This document shows positions 7,441 through 15,705 of a DNA stretch of 30,245 nucleotides, piece after piece; positions within the stretch are counted from its first letter, which is position 1; each line of letters opens with the position of its first letter. The stretch is from a bacterium. GTDB lineage: Bacteria > Zhuqueibacterota > Zhuqueibacteria > Oceanimicrobiales > Oceanimicrobiaceae. Location of the stretch: the NCBI GenBank assembly GCA_046757165.1, contig JBHHXT010000042.1, forward strand, positions 1-30,245, written 5' to 3'. The notes under the pieces were generated by a model. That model was not told the origin of the DNA, ran no database searches, and saw only the letters and a program-made list of their open reading frames with translations. The position numbers were made by a program, and so were the translations under genes.

Positions 7441-10400
7441 CTACGTAGCAATCAACTTCACCTGCGTGTCGTAGAAGGATGACGACCCGCCGATTATGTC
7501 TTCCAGACAAACATTCTTCATCACCGGGTCCACTGCCATGACGGCATTGGGGCAGAGGCCGCTTTTCCGGCTCTTGTCGCCCGGGATTTTCTGATTGTCG
7601 ATGATGACATCGTTGGCGCCATAGGCCCAGTGGCCAAAATGCCAGGAAATCGCAATGACGCCCGGGCGCATGCCTTCGATCACTTTGAGCCTGCCTTCCA
7701 CCGGAATCACGTCACCATTCTTGAGATCCCAGATACCTTCCTGGTTCGTCGCCGAGACGACCCGCACTTTATCGCCGTCTTTCAGGCCGAGCTGCCAGGC
7801 TGTGGCAGAGTTGATGTGGATCAGGTTCTCCGGTAAGATTGCGGCCAACCAGTAGTCAGTCGGTAGTGTGCGTGACTGGCCGCCGGTAATCTCCTTATAA
7901 GTAATCAGGTGCAACGGATAGTGGCCTTTGTCGAGCGGACGGTCATCAAACCCTTTGACCGGCTCTGCCAGGCCGATGCCGGAAAAACGCTTGCCGGTGT
8001 AGGGGTGCCGCGTCAGAGCGACGTCCTCCACATAAATGCTGAACATTTTCTTGAAAGGGTGCGGCTGCTTGTCGCCGCTGTTGCGGTACTTGTCGAAGTC
8101 TTCAAAGCGGCCGCCGCGGTTCAGGACATAGACCACCTTTTTCCACCAATGTTTGCCGTTTGCGTCAATCGCGGCGCGCTTGAGCCTGTTCGGGTCCAGC
8201 ACTGCCGGCGACAGGTGCTTGCGCGCATCCATGAAGACCTTTATTTCGTTTGCATCTGCGTCCGGGACAGCCTGGCCGGGTTTGTCGCCGGCCGCAATAT
8301 TGGCAAACATTTTCACGTAGTAATCTTCCGGTCGGGTGAAGTCCATGCCCGGGCCAAAGCCATCCTTGCCGTGGCCCGGCAATTTCAATCTTTCCGCAAC
8401 GGCCAACATGATCGCTTCCATACTGACCGGCATTTCTTCGCCATAAACGGTCACCTTCTCGACCAGCGGTTCTACCGTAGGTTGGCGAACCTTGGACTGC
8501 AGGACCGGGCAGGCGGGCGTCGTGTGCGGCGTGCCCCAGCGCTCCCAGACGGCCGTATCCGGAAAGATATAATCGGCATACATGGAAGTTTCGCCGATCA
8601 CGATATCGCAGGCAAAGTAGAGCGGCACCTTGTCGAAATCCAGCAGGGTCTTGATCACGCGGTCGCCTGCAGGCGTGGATAACACAGGCGTACCTTTGTG
8701 CGTGAAAAGCGCTTTGATCGGGTAGGGGTAGCCATCCTCTGCTGAAGGCAGGATCTCCTGGTAAATCTCGTTGGAGTGCGGAAACCAGGGTCGTTTTGCC
8801 GGATAACCGTGCTCGCGAAACAAAGTGCTTTCCTCATATTTTGCTTTTTCACGGGTGATCTTGTAGCCGCAGGCGGTCAATTTGCCCGGATGCAGGCTCT
8901 TTTTCAAATTGAACGGCTGGCCTTTTTTGCTGCCGTCTTCATGCCAATGGCTGCCGCCCTTGGAAAGACCGCCTTTCCAGTCCGGGTTGCCGACCAGCAG
9001 GTTGAGCGTGATGATGGCCTGCGCGTTGTAGTAGCCATTGGTATGCTGCACTGGCCCGCGGTAGAGCTCGGCCACCGATTTCTTGCCGTGCCTGGCAAAT
9101 TCAACCGTCAGCTCAACGATGTCTTCTACCTCAAGGCCGCAAAGCTCGGCCCACTCGTCCATGGACTTGTTCCTGGCATAATCTGTCAGAATTCGGAATG
9201 CTGATTTCACCTGAACTTTGCCGACCTTACCGCTATAAAAGAGGTCGCCTTCGATAGCTTTCTTCTCGTCGTAGGGGTTGAAGGCCAGGGGACTGCCGTT
9301 GCGCATGACAACAAACTCATCCTTGCCGCCACGGCCAATGTCGGCAGCGCGCAGCAATCCGGCCGGGCCATCTTTTTCAATTTTGACCAACCAGGTGGCG
9401 TTTGACCATGTCGTTTCACTGTCCTGCCTGGCGGCGGCTTTGTTGGCATTGGTCAAATAGGTTTTATCATACTTGTCATTCTCCAACATCCAGCGGATCA
9501 TCGCATTCGCGAGTGCGGCGTCTGTGCCCGGTTTGAGTGGCAGCCACTTCCACGCCTTGGCAGCGGTCTTTGAGAGTCGCGGATCGACTACAGCAATCTT
9601 CAGTCGGCCCGTGACCAGATTGTTGGTGACCAAGTTACTCAGATATGGCGGCCCAAAACTGGCATCAAACGGGCTGGTGCCGAAGAAGACAACAAACTCG
9701 CTGTTGTAGAGATCCGGTTTCATGTGGTGCTTCCCTTTGCGCCACTTGCCGTCCTTAAATTGTTCGGTCATCTTTTCATAAGCAATGTGGTGCGACTGCT
9801 CGCAAATCGAGGTGTGCAAATGATAGTTGGTGCTGCCAAAACCATTGTACAACCACCTCTTGCTGAACTCTTTGCGGCCGTGTTCAACGCGGCCCCCCAG
9901 AAAAACAAACTGATTGTTCACCGGTCCAAAATCAGGATGGTTCGGGTCGATCAGTGTACTGAGGTGGTCGCGATATTTTGCCTTGAACGCCTTCACGGTC
10001 ATCTTGCCCTTGCCGACATTTTTTGCGTCGACGGCCATCGCTTTTGACACTTTAGCGTCGCGCAGTCTAAACAAATCTTGCAGGCCCGGCACCACGCGGT
10101 TTTCTTCGCCCGGCACATTGGCAAAGAGCTTGCCGCCAGTGACGATTTCCAAAATCGCCTGTTCAAAGGGCACCACCTGCCATTTGTTCTGGCCGCGTTT
10201 GCCGGCACGCTTCAGCACTTTGGTTATGCGGTACGGATCATAAAGACTCTGGATGCCTGCCTGTCCCTTCGGACAAATCCCGCCATCGACCTTTGCCGCT
10301 GATTTGATGTTGGTGGCATAGGGCAGAGCAGGATTCAGCGTCTGCATGCCGTAAGGATTGCCGTCCACTTTTGCCGCCACGCCATCCAGGACCTTAACCT

Positions 10401-10620
10401 TGATGGGACAGGCTGTGTGACACTGCAAGCAGACCGAGTAGATGACGTTTTCAGCGTTCCCCAGCGGGTATTCCCCCGCGGCTGCGTACGCCTCCGATAC
10501 TTTACCACAACTCGAAAGCGTCTGTGCGACTATGCCGGTACCGCCCAGCAACGCCGTCGTTTTGAAAAACTCACGGCGGCTCAAGCCCCTATTTTCAGGT
10601 TGGTTATTGCCATTTTTCAT
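7441..10620 (-). CDS. ttrA: Mo/W-bisPGD oxidoreductase catalytic subunit, tetrathionate/selenate reductase (TtrA/SrdA)-like
   Basis: Tat motif SRREFFK; FS0 cluster motif CLQCHTAC..CPKG; putative Cys metal ligand in HTSICEQSHH; LKPGTDAALA; IGETSMYADYIFPD; C-terminal molydopterin-binding domain (HFGHW); B-C-A gene order. Substrate cannot be determined from sequence by eye. Confidence 0.8.
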   Translation of the reverse strand: MKNGNNQPENRGLSRREFFKTTALLGGTGIVAQTLSSCGKVSEAYAAAGEYPLGNAENVIYSVCLQCHTACPIKVKVLDGVAAKVDGNPYGMQTLNPALPYATNIKSAAKVDGGICPKGQAGIQSLYDPYRITKVLKRAGKRGQNKWQVVPFEQAILEIVTGGKLFANVPGEENRVVPGLQDLFRLRDAKVSKAMAVDAKNVGKGKMTVKAFKAKYRDHLSTLIDPNHPDFGPVNNQFVFLGGRVEHGRKEFSKRWLYNGFGSTNYHLHTSICEQSHHIAYEKMTEQFKDGKWRKGKHHMKPDLYNSEFVVFFGTSPFDASFGPPYLSNLVTNNLVTGRLKIAVVDPRLSKTAAKAWKWLPLKPGTDAALANAMIRWMLENDKYDKTYLTNANKAAARQDSETTWSNATWLVKIEKDGPAGLLRAADIGRGGKDEFVVMRNGSPLAFNPYDEKKAIEGDLFYSGKVGKVQVKSAFRILTDYARNKSMDEWAELCGLEVEDIVELTVEFARHGKKSVAELYRGPVQHTNGYYNAQAIITLNLLVGNPDWKGGLSKGGSHWHEDGSKKGQPFNLKKSLHPGKLTACGYKITREKAKYEESTLFREHGYPAKRPWFPHSNEIYQEILPSAEDGYPYPIKALFTHKGTPVLSTPAGDRVIKTLLDFDKVPLYFACDIVIGETSMYADYIFPDTAVWERWGTPHTTPACPVLQSKVRQPTVEPLVEKVTVYGEEMPVSMEAIMLAVAERLKLPGHGKDGFGPGMDFTRPEDYYVKMFANIAAGDKPGQAVPDADANEIKVFMDARKHLSPAVLDPNRLKRAAIDANGKHWWKKVVYVLNRGGRFEDFDKYRNSGDKQPHPFKKMFSIYVEDVALTRHPYTGKRFSGIGLAEPVKGFDDRPLDKGHYPLHLITYKEITGGQSRTLPTDYWLAAILPENLIHINSATAWQLGLKDGDKVRVVSATNQEGIWDLKNGDVIPVEGRLKVIEGMRPGVIAISWHFGHWAYGANDVIIDNQKIPGDKSRKSGLCPNAVMAVDPVMKNVCLEDIIGGSSSFYDTQVKLIAT

Positions 10621-11909
10621 TCGTAGGCCTCCTTCAATTTGTCGGTCGTTTGGGATGGGACTACCCTGACCGCAGCGGTCTCAGTATCGATGATTGGCAA
10701 AATCGATTTGCCGGCCATGAAGATGAACGCCGGTACTCCGATCGTGAACAAAAAAAGAAACCATTCCATCACGCTGGGAAAGTAGTCGAATGTCAGGCCC
10801 GGCCCGGTAAAGGCATGCTTCAACCCTTCGAGCTCGGGGACGGCCAACGCAGGAATAACGATGTTCAGTCGTACCGAGATGAAGCTGAAGGCGATCAGCG
10901 CTCCGGCGGTGCCTACTGCTGTGACTGACCGTGACCGTGATAGCAGCAACAAGCCGGGAATGACGACGCCCGTGCCAACATGCACGAACCAAAACACCCA
11001 CCAGAAATTTCCGAACAAAACGAGTTTCAAACTTTCGCTTTCGGATGGCACGGAGCTCCAGAGACCGATGGAGAGTTCTGCCCATTCCAGCAGAACATCG
11101 GTGGCCAACAGAACGAGAACGATGCGGCCCAGCAGTCTGACGATCTTTCGATTTTCCTCCGTATTGCCGTTTGCACCCCACACCGCGACAACGAAAGCGA
11201 GAAGTGCGGCACCAGAAGTCAATGCGCCGGCAAGGAAGATAATCGGGGTCAGGCCGGAATTCCAGTAAGGCCGAGCGCCGACAGCGCCGAAGATCGCCCC
11301 GACCGAGCCGTGAAACGCGACGGCCAGCGGAATGCCGATGCTGCCAAGAATCTTCAGGACGTTCAAGTCTTTTTCGTGAGAATATTCCTGGCGACGGTTC
11401 GGGTCGAAGCCGATGAGCTTGCAAATAAAAGTATTGGGCGTTTTGGTGTCGGCCTTCTGTACCAGGTCGGCCCGCAAGGCAAATCTGAACTCAATCAGGA
11501 GTAGAATGAAGTAGGAAGCGTACAACCAGGCCATCCAGCCCATGACGGAAGTAAAGTTTGTCTGTGTGAGCATCCGCCAGACGCGGCTCATGTGACCCAG
11601 GTCCAGCCAGATAGCCAACATCGCGCCAACCAGCGTGGCCAGGGCGGTCAGCAGCGCCAGCCGGCCGATCTTTTCGAATGCCTTGATCCGAAACACGTAC
11701 ACCAGCGCGGACATCAGGAAGGCGCCGGCAGAGAGCCCGATCAAGTAAATGTATCCGGCAACCCACAATCCCCACGGCACGTAGGAGCCATAGTTTGCGT
11801 TGATGTGGCCATTTGTCAGGCGGTCAAAAAGTCCAACCAGCCCGACCATCAATGCTGCGATCGTGAGTCCCCAGAAAAATCTGTTCCGGGAATTCTCTTG
11901 CGTTTTCAT
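10617..11909 (-). CDS. ttrC: NrfD/PsrC/TtrC-family quinol-interacting membrane anchor
   Basis: PWGLWVAGYIYLIGLSAGAF, DLGH, S.M.W, HGSVGAIF..RPYWN; about 10 TM segments; ATGA overlap with the catalytic subunit gene. Confidence 0.85.
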   Translation of the reverse strand: MKTQENSRNRFFWGLTIAALMVGLVGLFDRLTNGHINANYGSYVPWGLWVAGYIYLIGLSAGAFLMSALVYVFRIKAFEKIGRLALLTALATLVGAMLAIWLDLGHMSRVWRMLTQTNFTSVMGWMAWLYASYFILLLIEFRFALRADLVQKADTKTPNTFICKLIGFDPNRRQEYSHEKDLNVLKILGSIGIPLAVAFHGSVGAIFGAVGARPYWNSGLTPIIFLAGALTSGAALLAFVVAVWGANGNTEENRKIVRLLGRIVLVLLATDVLLEWAELSIGLWSSVPSESESLKLVLFGNFWWVFWFVHVGTGVVIPGLLLLSRSRSVTAVGTAGALIAFSFISVRLNIVIPALAVPELEGLKHAFTGPGLTFDYFPSVMEWFLFLFTIGVPAFIFMAGKSILPIIDTETAAVRVVPSQTTDKLKEAYE

Positions 11910-11921
11910 TTCATTCTCCTC

Positions 11922-12887
11922 TCATAGCAGATAGTGAACTTTTGGCTTGGTGCCCATTTCTTCTTTCAAATGCGTCACGTTGGGCTTGCCCATCAGCTCT
12001 GCCACCAAACTCCGGGGATCGTTGGCATCGCCAAAGAAGGTCGCGCGTCCGATACAAGTCACAACGCATTCTGGCAGCATCCCTTTCTCGATTCTGTGCA
12101 CGCAGAAGTGGCACTTGCGGGCGTTGCCAATGGGTGATTTGTTGTCGACGCGCGGTCTTGCTTGACCGTAGTCATAAGTCGGGCTTTCTTCGTAGACACG
12201 CGCATTGTCGCCGCCGACATAGGCAAACGCAGCTTTCGGCGCATTTTCGGTATAAAAGCGGCCGGTGTCAAACGTGCGCGCACTGTAGGGACAGGCTGTG
12301 ATGCAGTAGCGACAGCCGATGCACTGATCGTAGTCGATGTGGACGATGCCATCCGGACGCTTCCAGGTTGCACTCACGGGGCAGACGGGTACGCACGGCG
12401 GCTCTTCACACTGCATGCAGGGCCGTGGTGTGAACCGGTGTGTCACGTTGGGAAATGTGCCGATCTCTTCTTCCATCACCGGCCGGTAGACCACGCCGGG
12501 CGGCAGCTTGTTCTCTGCCACGCATGAGACGGTACAGCTATGGCAGCCCGTACACTTGCGCAGATCAATGACCATCGACCATTTGCGCTTCTCTATCGGT
12601 TTTGCCAGCGCCCGCTTCAGGTCGCGGATCATGCGGATAATCGGGTCCTCGTCTGGCATGGGCTCTGGCAGGTCGGGAAAATCAATCGGCGCTACCTCCG
12701 GTTCTGCCGTCTCTGCCAAAGCCGAAAATTTTTTGTCCACGACCATCGGCAGCAACATGGAAGCAAATACGCCCGTGCCGAATTTTTTCAAAAAACCGCG
12801 ACGGTCCTCTTCCGCCTCGCCTCGCTCAGCGCTCACAGGCTCCGTCGAATCTTCTATCTGCAAAAGCTTTGTTTTTTCGTCAGTCAT
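11922..12887 (-). CDS. ttrB: Four-cluster [4Fe-4S] electron-transfer subunit (TtrB/NrfC/DmsB-like) with a Tat-like motif
   Basis: [37 protein letters not shown] and KCHFC..CVVTC; RRGFLK twin-arginine motif. Confidence 0.9.
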   Translation of the reverse strand: MTDEKTKLLQIEDSTEPVSAERGEAEEDRRGFLKKFGTGVFASMLLPMVVDKKFSALAETAEPEVAPIDFPDLPEPMPDEDPIIRMIRDLKRALAKPIEKRKWSMVIDLRKCTGCHSCTVSCVAENKLPPGVVYRPVMEEEIGTFPNVTHRFTPRPCMQCEEPPCVPVCPVSATWKRPDGIVHIDYDQCIGCRYCITACPYSARTFDTGRFYTENAPKAAFAYVGGDNARVYEESPTYDYGQARPRVDNKSPIGNARKCHFCVHRIEKGMLPECVVTCIGRATFFGDANDPRSLVAELMGKPNVTHLKEEMGTKPKVHYLL

Positions 12888-12935
12888 GATGACCTCGTCA
12901 CTTTAAGGGATTGATGACAACATGCGTTGAACATG

Positions 12936-12966
12936 ACTCTGACAGGGTTTGAAACCCTGTCAGAGT
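12936..12966. repeat. Perfect 15-bp inverted repeat (REP-like) between the porin gene and the Fe-S subunit gene
   Basis: actctgacagggttt-g-aaaccctgtcagagt. Confidence 0.8.
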
Positions 12967-12978
12967 TACACTATTGGC

Positions 12979-13995
12979 CTAAAACTTATAGTAAAATGAA
13001 AATCGCGGAATAATATCGCTGTCCGGACTTACGCCGGCGTCATTTTCGCTGTAGAAGACGGCTTCAATATTGGGCATCAAATGGATGTTTTTGGCGGGCT
13101 GGAAATCCAGGCCGCCGACAAAAAATGTCGACTTTGCGGACGCGTCAAATGGAATGTAAGATATCTTGGCGCCGGAGGGGTTCGGATCGAACATGCGGTC
13201 GATTCTCGCGAAGCCCCAGACTTTCTCCGATAGTTTGGCCACGGCGAACAGAGAGCCGACTTGCAGGGTCATGTCATCTGCGCCCGCTACCTGGCGATTC
13301 TGGTGCGCAAACTGAACGCCAACGCGGAACGTTTTTTTGTCATAGCCGGCAAATCCTTGCAGGGTGTAACGGTTGGTTTCGCCGGGGCGTTCTTCGAAGT
13401 CGACATAGCCTTCGATGATGAAGCCGGCTTCTGTCTTTGCGCTCACGCTGAACATCGCTTTCTTGCCCTCATTGTTCTCGGTGCCGTTGCTGGAGCCGTT
13501 ACCCAGGAGCAGGTGGTATTTGACGCGCTTGTTAGAATCAAGCGTGCCTTTCACGCCAATGCCGAAATCTCGCGATGACCCCAGTTTTTGCAAATCAAGC
13601 GCCGTCTTCTCAACCGACCGGTAACCCCAGAATTTCTCGACCAGGCCCCAGGTTGGGGTGCCGGAAATGCCCAGGTAGATACTGTGCTTGCCCTTTTTCC
13701 ACTTCAAGTAAGCATCTTTGACAACGGGAGTCATTTTGTCTTTGCCGGTGAAATTCCCCGCGCTGCTCATCTCGAGGCGAAGGCGCATCGAGAAGGCCTC
13801 ACTCAACCCTTTGTCGAATGCGAAGTAGATACGCCGCATCCAAAACCCATTTGCGCCTTCCAAATCCTCGTTGTGGTTAGCGGCCATGTAGTAGTAATCG
13901 CCAAACATGTAACCGCTGATTTTGCCGCTATCCTGGGCAAAAAGCGGAGCAGTCAATATCAGCATGGAAATGAGAATAAGGGCGTGCTTTTTCAT
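12979..13995 (-). CDS. Outer-membrane beta-barrel porin-like protein
   Basis: Signal peptide (..APLFA|QD), alternating amphipathic strands, FWMRRIY and VKDAYL motifs, C-terminal FSFYYKF; GGAGG RBS. Confidence 0.8.
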   Translation of the reverse strand: MKKHALILISMLILTAPLFAQDSGKISGYMFGDYYYMAANHNEDLEGANGFWMRRIYFAFDKGLSEAFSMRLRLEMSSAGNFTGKDKMTPVVKDAYLKWKKGKHSIYLGISGTPTWGLVEKFWGYRSVEKTALDLQKLGSSRDFGIGVKGTLDSNKRVKYHLLLGNGSSNGTENNEGKKAMFSVSAKTEAGFIIEGYVDFEERPGETNRYTLQGFAGYDKKTFRVGVQFAHQNRQVAGADDMTLQVGSLFAVAKLSEKVWGFARIDRMFDPNPSGAKISYIPFDASAKSTFFVGGLDFQPAKNIHLMPNIEAVFYSENDAGVSPDSDIIPRFSFYYKF

Positions 13996-14077
13996 CGTAA
14001 TTCCTCCACAGCTATTAGGATTTCTGTTTTTTCAATTGCAACTTGAGTCCACTGAATACAGATTCACATGAATCCCT

Positions 14078-14093
14078 ATCAAAGGCTGTACCA
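14078..14093 (-). promoter_or_regulatory. Sigma54-type -24/-12 promoter (variant -12) for the porin-ttrBCA-like operon
   Basis: Minus strand reads TGGTAC-AGCCT-TTGAT: exact spacing, but GA instead of GC at -12. About 80 bp upstream of the porin ATG and next to the sigma54 activator gene. Confidence 0.6.
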
Positions 14094-14191
14094 GAAAATC
14101 ATGGTGAACTGGGTGAAAGTTTAGTTGGTTGTTTTTAATGTCTTTGCCTGTGGTAGAGTCTCGTCTGTGCTCTGCAAGTCCAGGGCAACAT

Positions 14192-14229
14192 CGTCGAAAT
14201 TTCGGCGGCTAGACGTCGAAATTTCGTCG
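14192..14229. promoter_or_regulatory. Tandem palindromic enhancer-like sites (CGTCGAAATTTCG x2)
   Basis: Perfect palindrome CGAAATTTCG at 14195-14204 and 14217-14226, 22 bp apart, about 100-135 bp upstream of the -24 element. Confidence 0.7.
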
Positions 14230-14285
14230 GCAAGAGATGGGCAAGTGTGAGGAGTGAAGAATGGCAGGAGGGGGAAAGATTCCTG

Positions 14286-15689
14286 TCACGCCGGGATTGT
14301 TCCGCTCGCCCCGGGCTGGTCTTCCGCGGGGTTTTGATACTCGATACCATGTTTGTTGATTTTGCTTTTCAAGGTCGACGTGGGAATGCTGAGAAGTTCT
14401 GCTGCTTTGGCCTTGTTGCCGCCCGTCTTCGCCAGCGCCTGAGAAATAAGAGCTTTTTCAAGATCGGCGACAGTGGCTTCGAGCGCTAAAGGTTTGTCCA
14501 TCTCATTTGGGGCCGGCCTGACCCCGAACCTCCGCTCACGGATTTCACCGGGAAGGCAGTCCGGTACGATAGGGTTGCACCGGCAGGAGAGCATCAGCCG
14601 TTCAACCACGTTTTTGAATTCACGCACATTGCCTGGCCAGGAATAATCCATCAAATCCTGATAGACTCGTGGGTCGATTTCAGGGATTTCCCCTTGCCGA
14701 AATTCGCGGACAAAATGTGTGAAGAAAAGCTGAATATCTTCTTTGCGCTCTCTAAGGGGTGGCAGTTTGATAGGATAAATGTTCAAACGATAAAAAAGGT
14801 CTTCACGGAACCGGCCCTTGGCAACGAGCTCACGCAGATTGCTTTTGGTCGCCGCGATGACACGGACATCGATCTTGAAGGTTTCGGTGCCCCCCACCCG
14901 TTCAAACGTGCGTTCTTCTAAAACCCGTAGTAGTTTGACTTGTAATTCTATCGGGATATCGTCCACTTCGTCGAGGAAGATGCTGCCGCCGCTGGCGAGC
15001 TCAAACCGTCCCCTCTTTTGTTTTACGGCCCCGGTGAAGGCGCCGCGCTCGTGACCGAAGAGTTCGCTTTCCAAGATGTCCTTGGACAGCATGGCGCAGC
15101 TCACCTTGATGAACGGCTTGTCTTTACGTGGCGAGTTGTAATGAATGGCGTTGGCGACCATCTCCTTGCCTGTGCCGGTTTCCCCTTCGATGAGGACGGT
15201 CGCCTCAGTGGGGGCGACAATCTCGAGCTGCTTGTAGATTTCTCGCATGGCGTTGCTCTTGCCGATGAGTTGGCCAAATGAATATTGTCTCTCCAACTCT
15301 TCTTTGAGTCTAATATTCTCAGCGACCACCCGGCGATAATCTTTTACTCTTTCCAACAACAACAGCATCTCATCCATGCTGAAGGGTTTGGTGAAGTAGT
15401 CATACGCGCCAGACTTCATGGCTTGCACGGCTGTTTCTACGGTGGCGTAAGCGGTCATCATGATCACCGTGGTGTCCGGTTGAATTTCCCTTATTTTCTT
15501 CAGCAACGTGATGCCGTCGATACCGGGCATTTTCAAATCGGAAATGATAACATCGAATGATTCCTTTGCCATCAGGTTGAGCGCCGCCCGGGCGGATGCG
15601 GCCGCCGCGGTTTCATACCCGGCGTCTCGCAAATCGTCTTGCAACGAGACACGCTGGATTTCTTCGTCCTCTACAATCAGGATCTTCAT
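14286..15689 (-). CDS. NtrC/AtoC/ZraR-family sigma54-dependent response regulator (REC-AAA+-HTH)
   Basis: REC (SDLKMPG), Walker A GETGTGKE, ESELFGHERGAFTGA, Walker B FLDEVD, RFREDLFYRL, WPGNVRE, Fis-type HTH (GNKAKAAELL). ATG 15689 is preferred over 15785. Confidence 0.95.
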   Translation of the reverse strand: MKILIVEDEEIQRVSLQDDLRDAGYETAAAASARAALNLMAKESFDVIISDLKMPGIDGITLLKKIREIQPDTTVIMMTAYATVETAVQAMKSGAYDYFTKPFSMDEMLLLLERVKDYRRVVAENIRLKEELERQYSFGQLIGKSNAMREIYKQLEIVAPTEATVLIEGETGTGKEMVANAIHYNSPRKDKPFIKVSCAMLSKDILESELFGHERGAFTGAVKQKRGRFELASGGSIFLDEVDDIPIELQVKLLRVLEERTFERVGGTETFKIDVRVIAATKSNLRELVAKGRFREDLFYRLNIYPIKLPPLRERKEDIQLFFTHFVREFRQGEIPEIDPRVYQDLMDYSWPGNVREFKNVVERLMLSCRCNPIVPDCLPGEIRERRFGVRPAPNEMDKPLALEATVADLEKALISQALAKTGGNKAKAAELLSIPTSTLKSKINKHGIEYQNPAEDQPGASGTIPA

Positions 15690-15705
15690 GTTCACCCTAT
15701 CCGGA

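Noticed and set aside
7441..10620. Nitrate reductase, formate dehydrogenase or a selenoprotein
   Set aside because: No in-frame TGA. The B-C-A order with an NrfD anchor and the motif pattern fit the Ttr/Srd-like group better.
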